A DNA stretch of 64,000 bases from Parcubacteria group bacterium (GTDB lineage: Bacteria > Patescibacteriota > Minisyncoccia > UBA6257 > JACRHW01). The DNA is taken from the NCBI GenBank assembly GCA_016217555.1, contig JACRHW010000023.1, forward strand, positions 64,466 to 128,465, written 5' to 3'. Below are positions 1-10,463 of the stretch, one piece after another. How positions within the stretch are numbered: position 1 is the first letter of the stretch; each line of letters opens with the position of its first letter. The translations under genes and the position numbers were made by a program. Under the pieces are notes generated by a model. It did no database searches. It was not told where the DNA came from and saw only the letters and a program-made list of their open reading frames with translations.

Positions 1-2169
1 ATCTCCTATTCGACTATATAAAGAACCAAGAAGAAGATACGCATTAAACGACGTTGGGTTGATTGCAACTATTCGTTCTAAAACAATTCTCGCAGAATGA
101 AACAATTCCGGATCATTGCCGTGATAAATACCAGCATCATAATATATGTTTGCAAGATGAATCATTGCCTCTTCATTATAAGAAGAAAGTGCAAATGCTT
201 GTTCCCCATACCGTATCGCCTCACTCCAAGCCCTTTCATCCTGCTTAACAAGAGCAAGGCCAAGATATGCATCGGCATAATCCGACTTCAAAGACAAAGC
301 CTTCTTATAAGATTCCTCTGCAGTATCAAAAATTTTTTTCCTTGCAGTTTCATCGGTCGCTGTTTCAGCCTCAAGTCGATTTACATTTGCAATAAGAAGA
401 AAAAACTTTGGATTGCCTGGTTCGAGAGCAGATGCTTTTTCATAACTTAGTGCCGCAAGCTGATAGGGGCCCTGAACAAAGCGCCCTAGTCGTTCATACA
501 CCGTTCCTAACCACACCCACGCAGACACATTTCCTGGCGTCATTGCTGTAACACGCCCGGCGGACTCAATAGCAAGTGAAGCAAGTTGCTGAAAACGTAT
601 GGAATCTGATTTCTCTTTTTGAGCCTCCTGAAATGCGAAATTTAAGTAAAGCTGTGATGCACCAGTAACGTAGGTACTTTGCCATGGTGCCAAAATAATC
701 GCACGATTAAGCTTTGTAATCCCTGCCTCATAAGAAGTAGCAGCGAGAGCGCGCCCAGCATATATATCCGCAAGAGTCATTCTTGCCCAAAACACGAGAA
801 GGAACACAACCATTGCGGCACCTCCTACTACAAAAAAAGACAAAGAAAGTGAGTGTTGTGGAGCAAAACGAAATGAAACCTGCTTTTGATGAGAAAATGA
901 AGCGTGTTTAAGAAATAGGTACCCCGACCCTAGCAACACAAAAAGTGCAATCGCAAGAACAACTCCCCCATTCGCCACACTAAAGAAAGTATCGAGAATA
1001 AACATACTTAACGCCACAAAAATTCCCACACATACCCCTCCATGAAATTCCTCAGTACCATAAGATAAACCTCTCGTCAAAAAAAGAAAAAATAAAAGAA
1101 ATAAAATGGCAAAGGAAAGAAATCCCATAACTCCCGTAGAGCCCAGCACGTCAAGCCACAAATTAGATGCTTTATTAAACTGAAAATCAAATAACCCAGT
1201 ATTGTTTAAACCCGCTGGGCGGAAAGAGGTAAACGCATAAGAAAACATATCAGGACCGGTACCCAACCACAACCGTTCGTGAAATACGCTTTTCACTATT
1301 TCAAAAGAACTTGAATGGTTGAGACTTATGGTAGTAGGAAGTCCTCTATTGAGAGAGAGGCCGAGTCCTTGGGCTGTAAAAAAGAAAAGTGCAACGACAA
1401 AAGCACTAGAAACTATCCAAAATACTATCTTTCTATTTTCCGGCACCACCCGTCGTGACAATAACAGCACCAACAGTAGGGCGAGCCCAACAACCAAGCT
1501 TCCCCATACAAAGCGAGCATCTATGACAATGAGAATTAACAACGCACATACCGAAAAAAGAACTGCGCAAAAAGAAAAAATGCTATTCTTCCTAGACCCA
1601 CCCACCATTGCAAAAAAAGGGATCATAAGAGAAACAAAAACCCCTAAATCAAGCCCGCCTCCTATTGGATTAAAACCAATACTCCTTGTAAGTTGCCACG
1701 GCAAAAGGAATACACCAAATATCTGAAAAAGACTATATACGGTTACTAAGCCAGCAGAAAAAAAGAAACTCAGCGTATACCATTCTAATTCCTTAAAACT
1801 TTGCACTGAAGCAGTAAAAACAAAATAAAAGATGGCGAGTGCAACAAAACTTAGAAGACCTCCCGACGGATCCCCTGGATACCCCAATACACTTGTCCAT
1901 ACGTCAACGCTCTTATATGTAGAGAAGATAGTAGTAACCAAAAGCACAACAATAAAGAAATCTGTTGTACTGCGTCGAATCGATAAAAATCCCACCATCG
2001 CACCACGCCAAAGCCACACACCGAGACAAGCAATGGTAAGAACATAAAAAAGCATCCACTTATCAAAAAGAAAACCAGAAAAAGTCCAGGGAGTAAAAAA
2101 GATAGGAACTAAAAAAAACGTAAGGGTAAACATCTTACGCAATACCCGATCAAAAAAATGATCTTCCAT
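1..2169 (-). CDS. O-antigen ligase (Wzy_C)-like polytopic membrane protein with probable C-terminal TPR region; runs off the left edge
   Basis: Not in the ORF track. ATG at 2169 gives MEDHFFDRVLRKMFTLTFFLVPIFFTPW, with many TM segments and the motif RLWLGTGPDMFSYAF...FNKASNLWLDVLGSTGVMG. Confidence 0.75.
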   Translation of the reverse strand, partial: MEDHFFDRVLRKMFTLTFFLVPIFFTPWTFSGFLFDKWMLFYVLTIACLGVWLWRGAMVGFLSIRRSTTDFFIVVLLVTTIFSTYKSVDVWTSVLGYPGDPSGGLLSFVALAIFYFVFTASVQSFKELEWYTLSFFFSAGLVTVYSLFQIFGVFLLPWQLTRSIGFNPIGGGLDLGVFVSLMIPFFAMVGGSRKNSIFSFCAVLFSVCALLILIVIDARFVWGSLVVGLALLLVLLLSRRVVPENRKIVFWIVSSAFVVALFFFTAQGLGLSLNRGLPTTISLNHSSSFEIVKSVFHERLWLGTGPDMFSYAFTSFRPAGLNNTGLFDFQFNKASNLWLDVLGSTGVMGFLSFAILFLLFFLFLTRGLSYGTEEFHGGVCVGIFVALSMFILDTFFSVANGGVVLAIALFVLLGSGYLFLKHASFSHQKQVSFRFAPQHSLSLSFFVVGGAAMVVFLLVFWARMTLADIYAGRALAATSYEAGITKLNRAIILAPWQSTYVTGASQLYLNFAFQEAQKEKSDSIRFQQLASLAIESAGRVTAMTPGNVSAWVWLGTVYERLGRFVQGPYQLAALSYEKASALEPGNPKFFLLIANVNRLEAETATDETARKKIFDTAEESYKKALSLKSDYADAYLGLALVKQDERAWSEAIRYGEQAFALSSYNEEAMIHLANIYYDAGIYHGNDPELFHSARIVLERIVAINPTSFNAYLLLGSLYSRIGD

Positions 2170-2249
2170 AACTGCTACGCGTGGTGTGTTACTATTGCAC
2201 CACTACCTCCATTCTAAATATGAAAACCAGTATGGTCAATTAAATTACG

Positions 2250-2803
2250 CTATCTCAGCAAACGATCGAGAAGTATCGGCCACGATTTCACATGCACATA
2301 CGTCTCGTCCTCTTTTAAAACACCGAGATGATCGAAAAGGAAAGAATGCGGAACTTCAACGGCACGCAATACATCTACCTCATCATCAGTATAGTGAGTT
2401 ACTCCCAAGTGATGTGCGCGTTCATTTTTCTCTATAGGATCATTTACAAAATAAGCATTATCTTTATTAAAAAACATGGGCCACAAACCATGTACTTTTA
2501 AAAGTTTAATCGCCATCTCTGGATTTTTTCTTCGTGAAATCAAAAAAAAAGGCGTACCAGAACTATTTATCTCGTGAAGCGCATCAACCACTCCCGGCAT
2601 AAGGGAAGAAAGCAACCCCGTCACAGGATCGTCATACAGTTTTTTTTAAGAACATCGAGCTGCTCGCGAGGCATAATAGTCCTTAATACATCTGCTGGGG
2701 TTTCTTCTGGTTTCAAATCAAAACCAAAATCCTTTGCAAGACGCATCTTCATCTCGGTATGATCAATAATCACCCCGTCCATATCAAACCCAAATTGTTT
2801 CAT
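2250..2803 (-). pseudogene. HAD-superfamily hydrolase split by a 1-nt frameshift in an A8 tract
   Basis: N-part has FDMDGVIIDH (DxD motif I) and C-part has ISRR and YTDD. One extra A at 2640-2647 joins them as LKKKLYDDPVTG. Confidence 0.7.
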
Positions 2804-3031
2804 TAAAATGTTATCTGCCATATATAAAAGAATACCAAAGAAACAAAAAACAACAACCCCGTCCATTATATCAGGAAATTTGTAGTAGAAATGACACTCA
2901 AGGAACTCCTCAAAAAAACAATATAAAACCCCACAAAGATGTGTGGTGATTTTTTATTTTTCACACCACTTATAGGACACGCAGTCAATACTTTTTAAAT
3001 TATGCAAAAACCTTTACACTCTGCAGTACCT

Positions 3032-4435
3032 ATGACAACACGAACTCGAGCAACTATCTTCTGGCTTTTTGCATTTTTATTTGTAGTCGGTGGCTCCGGC
3101 CTCATTTTTTATGTAAGCGGGTATCGCCTGAATCTTGAAACGGGTAAGGTAGAAAAGGTAGGGGGTGCATTTATCAAAACCAATCTTTCAAGCTACACAG
3201 TAACCCTCGAAGGAAAACATTTTAAAGAAATGTACCCTGTAACAAATCAGCTCTTCATCCCAAGCCTCACGCCAGGAAATTATACATTTTCCATCGATAA
3301 AAGTGGTTATCGTTCTTGGAAAAAGCAATTTACCGTCTTTCCTCGCCTTGTTACCTCCTTTAAATCTACACTTCTTATTCCCAATCCCCTTGCCCCAGAA
3401 CTACTGCTTCAAGCGTCTTCGACGGAAACATTTTCTGCTTCAAAAAACGCCTCTCTCCTTCTCACCCCTAACACACACTTAGGTACGCTCACCCTTTACA
3501 ATCTCAGTACTGGCGACATCGTAAAAACAATAAAAGAAAAGAGTGCAGAAGACATCACATGGCTTTCCGACAACACATCGTTTTTTTATAAAAATTCTAC
3601 CACGGGAAAAATAGTCTTCGTATCTGGGGAGAAAACAATAAACGTAACAACAACTTTTGCTCGCTCTCTCCCTCACACCATTCCAGCATCGAAATCAATT
3701 ATTACTCATCTCTATCCCCACCCCTTTGAAAAGAAATTGATTGTTCAAACAAATAAAAGTGGTGTGTTCATCTTTGACCCCCTCTCCTCAGAGTCACTTC
3801 TCCTTACTGACACCAATCCTGTTGCGGTAGCTCTTGATGGATCAAACCTCTTTTTTCTCGATACCACAGGCCAACTCTTTTCAGAAAATCTCATTACAAA
3901 AAACGTAAATACACTTGTCTTTAAACCACTTCCCCTCATCGCCTCTTCATCACAAGATCGCTGGAATATCCTCATGAGTCCAGACGAGAAAACATTTGCC
4001 CTCTTTAATGAAACCTCTGGTGATCTTTTTGTAGGAAGTAAGGAGTCGGGTCAATTCTCCCTTATCGATACACACGCCTCCTCTCCTCTTTTTGCCTATG
4101 ATTCTCGTAAGCTCACCTACGTAAAAGAAAAAGCGCCAGTGATATATTGGCTTCTTAAAGACGAAGAGCTACGTAAAAAAGAGGGGCAAAAAGACACCCT
4201 TTCTATAGAGCTCCCTATTACAAAACTCGTATGGTATGAAGACAATGCTCACCTCTTTGGATATACCGATAAAAAAGACCTTTACTTCTTTGAAACCGAT
4301 AATCGATCTCCGCTTGAAACCCTCCTTGTAAAGAACAATGTTGCCGATTATTTTTATCATCAAGGTAGCAACTCGCTTTTCTACCTTAATGACGCAAGTC
4401 TTCTCAAACTCGATTTTAACTTTCCAATAAAATAA
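3032..4435 (+). CDS. PEGA-domain membrane-anchored protein with beta-propeller-like C-terminus
   Basis: N-terminal TM followed by GYRLN..., and PEGA-like LTPGNYTFSIDKSGYRSWKKQ. Confidence 0.7.
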   Translation: MTTRTRATIFWLFAFLFVVGGSGLIFYVSGYRLNLETGKVEKVGGAFIKTNLSSYTVTLEGKHFKEMYPVTNQLFIPSLTPGNYTFSIDKSGYRSWKKQFTVFPRLVTSFKSTLLIPNPLAPELLLQASSTETFSASKNASLLLTPNTHLGTLTLYNLSTGDIVKTIKEKSAEDITWLSDNTSFFYKNSTTGKIVFVSGEKTINVTTTFARSLPHTIPASKSIITHLYPHPFEKKLIVQTNKSGVFIFDPLSSESLLLTDTNPVAVALDGSNLFFLDTTGQLFSENLITKNVNTLVFKPLPLIASSSQDRWNILMSPDEKTFALFNETSGDLFVGSKESGQFSLIDTHASSPLFAYDSRKLTYVKEKAPVIYWLLKDEELRKKEGQKDTLSIELPITKLVWYEDNAHLFGYTDKKDLYFFETDNRSPLETLLVKNNVADYFYHQGSNSLFYLNDASLLKLDFNFPIK

Positions 4436-4477
4436 AAAGCCCAGCATCCTTGCTGGGCCGAGAAGGCGATGCCTTCT

Positions 4478-4744
4478 CTACTCGCTGGCGTACTTCTCCT
4501 GAACGCGTGCAAACGCGTCACGCCAAGACTGCTCCACCTCCTCCTTGTACGGAAACCTAGTGTCCCGAGGCTGCCCCTCGAGATACTGGGCACGCGACGG
4601 AGATCCCGGGCAGTTCCTGGTCGGCAGGAGGTGGCGAGAACCGAAGAACAAAAGACCCATCGGATCCATCTCTCCCGCCTCCACACTCACGATCGTCGCG
4701 TCGTTGGAGGGGTGAACCTCCTCCTTGCACTTATCACACTTCAT
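4478..4744 (-). CDS. hypothetical protein (CxxC; GC-rich, phage-like orphan)
   Basis: ORF with TTGACA upstream (4824-4829) and a hairpin at about 4437-4460; GC higher than the flanks. Confidence 0.6.
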   Translation of the reverse strand: MKCDKCKEEVHPSNDATIVSVEAGEMDPMGLLFFGSRHLLPTRNCPGSPSRAQYLEGQPRDTRFPYKEEVEQSWRDAFARVQEKYASE

Positions 4745-4839
4745 TTGTTTTTCCTTCTTTCGAAAATTCCTGGACTTTCATCCTAGGTACTGAATACAGT
4801 ATAGCATAATAATAATAATGCTTTGTCAATATCAAAATT

Positions 4840-5526
4840 CTAAGGCATTTTCTCGGCCAAAAGTCGCTCAGCTGACTCTACGTCTTCAGGGTATCCGATA
4901 GGATGCCAAAAATGAGCACGAATTACCTGAATGTGACGTTGCTCCGCCCACACTCCAATCTGCTTAGTAAGATTGATTTCCCCGTTTGGCATTGGCAACG
5001 ACTGAACATTAAAAATAGATTTATCTAAAAGGTGTGCACCTATAAACGCAAGGTTGCTTGGCGGATTTTCGTGTTTTTCAAAAATAGAAATCAATCTCCC
5101 CTTTTCCCCAACAAGGCACACTCCAAATCGTTCAGGGTGAACCGTCTCCTTAACAAGTATGACCGGCACTGTCTGCATACAATTTGCAATATCAATTGGA
5201 TCGTATAAATCATCTGCGTACAGGGCAAGGAATAAATCATCCTTGAGAATATCTTTCGCGAGGGCTAGCGCGTGCATGGTACCCTTCGGGGCCTCTTGCC
5301 ACACATACGTTATAGTACGCCCCTCAAATGAATCACCAAAATATGACTGCACCACCTCGCCCTTGTATCCAATAACTAAAATAACCTCATCGATTTCTTT
5401 GGGAAGAGCTCGTATCGTGTGTTCGAGGATTGGCTTCCCCGCAATACGCACCATTGGTTTTGGAACATGGTCGGTAAGAGGTCTTAAGCGCTTTCCCTCT
5501 CCCGCCGCAAGTATAACCGCCTGCAT
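4840..5526 (-). CDS. sugar-phosphate nucleotidyltransferase (NTP_transferase family)
   Basis: ILAAGEGKRLRPLT...PKPM signature. Confidence 0.9.
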   Translation of the reverse strand: MQAVILAAGEGKRLRPLTDHVPKPMVRIAGKPILEHTIRALPKEIDEVILVIGYKGEVVQSYFGDSFEGRTITYVWQEAPKGTMHALALAKDILKDDLFLALYADDLYDPIDIANCMQTVPVILVKETVHPERFGVCLVGEKGRLISIFEKHENPPSNLAFIGAHLLDKSIFNVQSLPMPNGEINLTKQIGVWAEQRHIQVIRAHFWHPIGYPEDVESAERLLAEKMP

Positions 5527-5531
5527 ATATA

Positions 5532-6107
5532 TTATTTTGCTTCACCCTCGACTGTTGAAAATACTATTTTTCCCCCTTCAAACATATGCACATCACCCGT
5601 CTCTTCAGACACCGTATAAACTGTAGTACCCTCTAATTCGTAAGAGCTTGTAATAGCCGCCATGTGGCGCGCGTGAACCTTTTTCTTAAATCCAAGACGT
5701 GCTGAAAAATCCAATTTTGTATGCGTAGGCGCCACGACAAGGGCAAGCCGACTCGGACGAAGACCTTCAAGAATAACACCAGAGTGGAGGATCGTCCCTT
5801 TATGGTCTACCAGAATAGCACCGTCAAAATCAACAGTGACCGCAATTTTTTTTAAACTCTTTTCATCAAAAATACTTTGTTCTGTGGTTGAAAAAAGATC
5901 TTGAGACGAATCCGGAAATACTGCGTACACATCATTCCATTTTTGTTCCCATCCAAAAATTACCAAAAGACCAAACATTTTTTTTCGTCTGCTGGCGAGT
6001 TTCAAGATAAGTTCCAAAAGCCGCATTTTGTCATCATGAGACTTTTTAACAGATTCTTGTTTCAATACACTTTTAATTTTTTTAAGCACTGAAAGTAGTC
6101 TTTTCAT
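5532..6107 (-). CDS. stand-alone diadenylate cyclase (DAC/DisA_N domain) protein
   Basis: FDGAILV and ARHMAA motifs (DGA and RHR-like), plus VSEETG. Confidence 0.75.
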   Translation of the reverse strand: MKRLLSVLKKIKSVLKQESVKKSHDDKMRLLELILKLASRRKKMFGLLVIFGWEQKWNDVYAVFPDSSQDLFSTTEQSIFDEKSLKKIAVTVDFDGAILVDHKGTILHSGVILEGLRPSRLALVVAPTHTKLDFSARLGFKKKVHARHMAAITSSYELEGTTVYTVSEETGDVHMFEGGKIVFSTVEGEAK

Positions 6108-6150
6108 AATATGAGATATCTAGTTATACACTCGAAAATGATGTTTTGTT

Positions 6151-7293
6151 TCATAATACACCTTTTTTGATTTTTTCACGTATACCTTCCACAAACGTAT
6201 TATAGTAAAAAAGATTATGTGTAGTAAGAAGGCGCATGGCCGTAATTTCTTTTGCTTTAAAAAGATGAGTGATATAACTTCTCGTATAGGATCCACATAC
6301 TTCACATTTGCAAGTTCTGTCGAGAGGCTTCTTATCACTCAAAAATACTGTCTTCGACATATTAAGTTTTCCTGTATCAGTAAAGGCAATGCCACGTCGT
6401 GCATAATGCGTGGGTACAATACAATCAAACAAATCTACTCCCGACTTGATTACCATCTCCATATCTTCAAGATATCCAATCCCCAAAAGATGGCGCGGTT
6501 TCTCCTCTGGCAAGTGCGGCATTGTCCAATCTAAAATATTCTTCATCGTCTTTTTTGACGATCCCAAATCCCCTCCTATCCCGAACCCATCAAAAGGAAG
6601 CCCACCAATATATGCTGCACTCTCCTCTCGTAAATCTCGAAACCGTGAACCCTGCACGATACCAAATAACGCCTGTTTACTCTTTTTTATTTTCAAACAC
6701 ATTTTTTCCCATTCATGCGTACGCTTCAACGACTCCTTAATATAATCGTAAGCAGCAAGCGGTGAAGTACACTCATCAAAAGTAAAAATAATATCCGCCC
6801 CCAGTGCTTCTTGTATTTTTATAGATTCCTTGGGACCAATAAATAATTCCTTTCCATCGATGGGTGAACGAAAGCGTACCCCATCAGGCAAAATCTTTAC
6901 CGTTTTGGGTTGGGCATTTTGATGAAGAACTTCCGTTTGTGCCCCCGGAAAAAACTTGAGCACCTTCCCAACCTGCGTATCCATACCAAATCCCAAACTA
7001 AACACCTGAAATCCCCCAGAGTCCGTCATCAGCGGTCTCTTCCATCGCATATACTCATGCAATCCTTTCATCTTTTTCACAATCGCCTCCCCTGGTTTTA
7101 GGTGAAGATGAAACGTATTTGCAATAAGAAGCTGACTCTTTGTTTTCTCCACCTCAGCGGAAGTAAGTGTCTTAACCGTCGCCTGTGTCGCCACAGGAAC
7201 AAAAGCAGGCGTCTCCACCTCTCCATGTGACGTCTTCAATACCCCCAACCGTGCTCTACTTTTATTCGACCATTTAATAACTTTGAACTCCAT
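6151..7293 (-). CDS. tgt: tRNA-guanine transglycosylase
   Basis: TPAFVPVAT, TDSGGFQVFSL, DLFDC, CxCxxC zinc site; probable start MEFKV. Confidence 0.97.
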   Translation of the reverse strand: MEFKVIKWSNKSRARLGVLKTSHGEVETPAFVPVATQATVKTLTSAEVEKTKSQLLIANTFHLHLKPGEAIVKKMKGLHEYMRWKRPLMTDSGGFQVFSLGFGMDTQVGKVLKFFPGAQTEVLHQNAQPKTVKILPDGVRFRSPIDGKELFIGPKESIKIQEALGADIIFTFDECTSPLAAYDYIKESLKRTHEWEKMCLKIKKSKQALFGIVQGSRFRDLREESAAYIGGLPFDGFGIGGDLGSSKKTMKNILDWTMPHLPEEKPRHLLGIGYLEDMEMVIKSGVDLFDCIVPTHYARRGIAFTDTGKLNMSKTVFLSDKKPLDRTCKCEVCGSYTRSYITHLFKAKEITAMRLLTTHNLFYYNTFVEGIREKIKKGVL

Positions 7294-7300
7294 ATATAAG

Positions 7301-7398
7301 ATACTAATATACGAATCCATACAAATGATACGAATGGTTACGAATACGTACGATATTCGTATTGATTTGTAGTATTAGTATCATTCGTATATTGGTAT
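7301..7398. repeat. 98-bp TACGAAT-type palindromic element, copy 1
   Basis: Near-identical to 48277-48374 and 50500-50597; terminal IR ATACTAATATACGAAT/ATTCGTATATTGGTAT. Confidence 0.95.
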
Positions 7399-7403
7399 GT
7401 TAA

Positions 7404-8414
7404 CTATCCGTGTCTTATTTCTACAACATCCCCATCTTGCATAACATATTCTTTTCCCTCTACACGTAACCATCCCCTTTGCTTCGCCTCACTCCATCCA
7501 CCCGCCTCGAGCAATTTATCCCAGGCAATGGTTTCTGCTCTAATAAACTTATGTTCGAAATCAGTATGAATAACTCCAGCCGCTTGTGGCGCCTTCATAC
7601 CTTGAGTGATAGTCCATGCCCGCGTCTCATCCCCACCTGTAGTAAGAAAACTAATAAGCCCCAACACCTCATATGCTTTTTTAATCAGCTCGTGGATATC
7701 ATCAGCAAGAGCCACATTCGCCACGAGATAACCAGCATTAATGCTCCGCACATATTCCTTAAGTTCGTCGGGTACGTCCTCCTCATCTCCATTAAAAAGA
7801 TAAATTTGTGGCTTTGAAGTAAGAAGACTAAGTTCTGTGATAATAGGTTCATCAATAACACCTCCTTCAATGTTTCGCGCAAGAATATTTCTTCGCAATC
7901 CATCTCGCACCAATGTTGCTGTTTCAAAATCCTTCGCCTTCTGCTTATCACCCGTGCGCGCCTCTCCCTCAAGCTTCTGCATTCTTTTTTCAACCGTCTC
8001 GAGGTCTTTTAGGATAAGCTCGGTATTAATAATTTCAATATCACGCAAGGGATCTACTCCTGTCTCCACGTGGATAATATCGTGATCCACAAAACAGCGT
8101 ACCACCTGTACTACCGCACGCACCTCACGAATGTGGGACAAAAATTGGTTTCCAAGCCCCTCGCCCTGGTTCGCCCCCTTCACAAGTCCAGCAATATCAT
8201 AAAACTCAACAACCGCCGGAATAATTTGTTTTGAATTACTAAGTACCGCGAGCTTGGTAAGTCGCTCGTCGGGAACAGGAACCACCCCAACATTGGGGTC
8301 GATCGTCGCAAAAGGATAATTTGCAATCACTACCGACTGCTTTGTAATAACTTTAAACAATGTCGACTTCCCCACGTTTGGTAACCCCACAATACCAATA
8401 GATAATTTACTCAT
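7404..8414 (-). CDS. ychF: redox-regulated ATPase YchF
   Basis: [22 protein letters not shown]-terminal [11 protein letters not shown]. Confidence 0.97.
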   Translation of the reverse strand: MSKLSIGIVGLPNVGKSTLFKVITKQSVVIANYPFATIDPNVGVVPVPDERLTKLAVLSNSKQIIPAVVEFYDIAGLVKGANQGEGLGNQFLSHIREVRAVVQVVRCFVDHDIIHVETGVDPLRDIEIINTELILKDLETVEKRMQKLEGEARTGDKQKAKDFETATLVRDGLRRNILARNIEGGVIDEPIITELSLLTSKPQIYLFNGDEEDVPDELKEYVRSINAGYLVANVALADDIHELIKKAYEVLGLISFLTTGGDETRAWTITQGMKAPQAAGVIHTDFEHKFIRAETIAWDKLLEAGGWSEAKQRGWLRVEGKEYVMQDGDVVEIRHG

Positions 8415-8514
8415 ATAGATGTTTCTCATTAAAGTAGTACTAGTCTACAAGAATCGTTGACATAAATCAATAAACATTCTATTATGTTATCATTCCAAGC
8501 GGAGGTCAATAGCT

Positions 8515-8658
8515 ATGATGCGAAGAGGACGAAAACATTGGCAGGGCATTTGGGGAGTCATCCATGGACTTGTTTCTCAGGTGAAACGGAAAAGAAAGCG
8601 TTGTCCTTGTACACACCACTCTGCCTCGAAGAGAAAAATTGGTAATAAAAAACAATAG
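8515..8658 (+). CDS. small basic 47-aa protein (not in ORF track)
   Basis: TTGACA-17-TATTAT promoter from 8457, GGAGGT at 8501-8506, terminator hairpin at about 8664-8692. Confidence 0.6.
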   Translation: MMRRGRKHWQGIWGVIHGLVSQVKRKRKRCPCTHHSASKRKIGNKKQ

Positions 8659-8691
8659 TACACGGGCTCTCATCGAGAGCTTTTTTCTTTT

Positions 8692-9876
8692 TTATCTTAA
8701 AAAGGCTTTTTTGCGAACGGCCCTATGGTACGTAATTGCAAAACGATGCGCCTCATCACGAACCTTAACAAGAACATCCTGATTATATCTACCAACATTT
8801 CCGACAAATTCATTTTTCTTACGGTCTCTACCCTTTGCGATACCTACGATCGGAATATTTATTTCTAAATCTCGTAATACTTTTTCTGCACAATGTACTT
8901 GTGGCAATCCTCCATCAACAAGAATAAGATTTGGCTGCTGCCACGGATGTTGAAATCGCCGTTGCAATATTTCCCGAAGCATTGCGACATCATTTGGACC
9001 CTCCACTGTCCTTATCTTAAATTTTCTATATTCACTTTTATCTGGTTTTCCGTCTATAAATACCACCATTGAACCCACCGCCGATGTTCCCGAGATATTA
9101 GAAATGTCATAGCCTTCGATGCGTGTATCTTGGATCTGGTATTTAGTATCTTGTATAACATCCCTTTTTATCAATGCTGTATCTTTAATATGACGTAACG
9201 CATTTATTTGACGTCTCAGTTTTTCCGCATGCTCAAACTCCTTTTTTTTACTCGCCTCTTTCATTTCTTTTTCTAACGATACGACTACACGTTCTTTCTT
9301 GCCAGCAAAAAAATTGTTGAGATAGTTAATTTGTTTTCTATATTCCGATTTAGTAATTGCACCGATACACGTGCCTGGGCACAATCCTATTTGATAATCA
9401 AAACAAGGTTTCTTCTGTATACTAATTTTTTTTTCTGGCGAATGAGTATTCCACGGAAATATTCTTCTTAAAATTCGCAATGCTTCACGAATATCCGAAG
9501 CAGACACAAAGGGACCAAATCGTTTTCCCATAATCTCAGATTTACCACGCACAAGAAGCACCCGCGGAAAAGGTTCTTTTGTAATTTCAACGTATAAAAA
9601 ACTTCGATCATCTTTTTCTCTTACGTTAAACGGAGGCTTATATTTCTTAATAAGCTCCGCCTCAAGCATTAACGCCTCAAGCACACTTCCTGTTTTTTTA
9701 TATTCAATCGAATGTATTCGAGATACCATAGATTCAATTCGTGCCTCATGCGAGCGATTAAAATAGCTCGATACTCTTCGTTTCAAATTTGCAGCCTTCC
9801 CCACATATAACAAAACCCCATGCTGATTTTTCATGAGATATACTCCGGGTGTAGTGGGAAAATTATTATACTTCAT
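8692..9876 (-). CDS. uvrC: excinuclease ABC subunit C (short, no C-terminal HhH)
   Basis: GIY-YIG N-terminus PGVYLM...YVGKA; RIEGYDISN; RDEAHRFAI. Confidence 0.95.
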   Translation of the reverse strand: MKYNNFPTTPGVYLMKNQHGVLLYVGKAANLKRRVSSYFNRSHEARIESMVSRIHSIEYKKTGSVLEALMLEAELIKKYKPPFNVREKDDRSFLYVEITKEPFPRVLLVRGKSEIMGKRFGPFVSASDIREALRILRRIFPWNTHSPEKKISIQKKPCFDYQIGLCPGTCIGAITKSEYRKQINYLNNFFAGKKERVVVSLEKEMKEASKKKEFEHAEKLRRQINALRHIKDTALIKRDVIQDTKYQIQDTRIEGYDISNISGTSAVGSMVVFIDGKPDKSEYRKFKIRTVEGPNDVAMLREILQRRFQHPWQQPNLILVDGGLPQVHCAEKVLRDLEINIPIVGIAKGRDRKKNEFVGNVGRYNQDVLVKVRDEAHRFAITYHRAVRKKAFLR

Positions 9877-9989
9877 GATCTTCTTTATGTCACAAAACTT
9901 ATCCACACGCAATATTGCACGTTTTATGCCTTGCCCCTATACTAGTTATTAGAACCTCGATAACCTATAAAGTAAAGGAGGTGATAAAA

Positions 9990-10178
9990 ATGGACCTCAT
10001 CAAGAAGGCTATCGAAACCCTGAGTGACGCTGGTCGTCAGTTCGCGGTGCTCGTGGCACTGTTGACGCTCGCCGTCCTGGCAGTAACTGCTGTTATGGCC
10101 GCCGTAAACGGTAATCCGGCAGGTGCAGTCAGTGGTCTTATGGACAGTTCCTTAGCTCACTGGGCATTCTCGCCTTGA
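9990..10178 (+). CDS. small hydrophobic membrane protein (62 aa)
   Basis: AAGGAGGTG SD, one long TM helix, terminator at about 10228-10255. Confidence 0.65.
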   Translation: MDLIKKAIETLSDAGRQFAVLVALLTLAVLAVTAVMAAVNGNPAGAVSGLMDSSLAHWAFSP

Positions 10179-10463
10179 ACAAGTACCTCGGCTAGTTCTA
10201 GTATAGTCTATTCTCCTCCTAAAAATTCAGCTGCTCTCCTCAGGGCAGCTTTTCATTTTTCACCAAGGTGAAAAATGATCTTGAGCTGAGCTTGCCGAAG
10301 GATAATTTTCTCGCCATTGTCGTTTTTATGCAGATAAAACCTTGGAAACAAATTATCCCACCTCTCTAACCTCTGCCATTATGCCACGTCATAATATAAG
10401 GTTTCTTTTTTGGTTCTTATATATCCACTCCTTTATCAGACGATCGTCACTTACGGGAGTAGG

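Noticed and set aside
63-2066. Short ORFs listed in 63-2066
   Set aside because: They are shadows or alternative frames of the long minus-strand membrane-protein gene.
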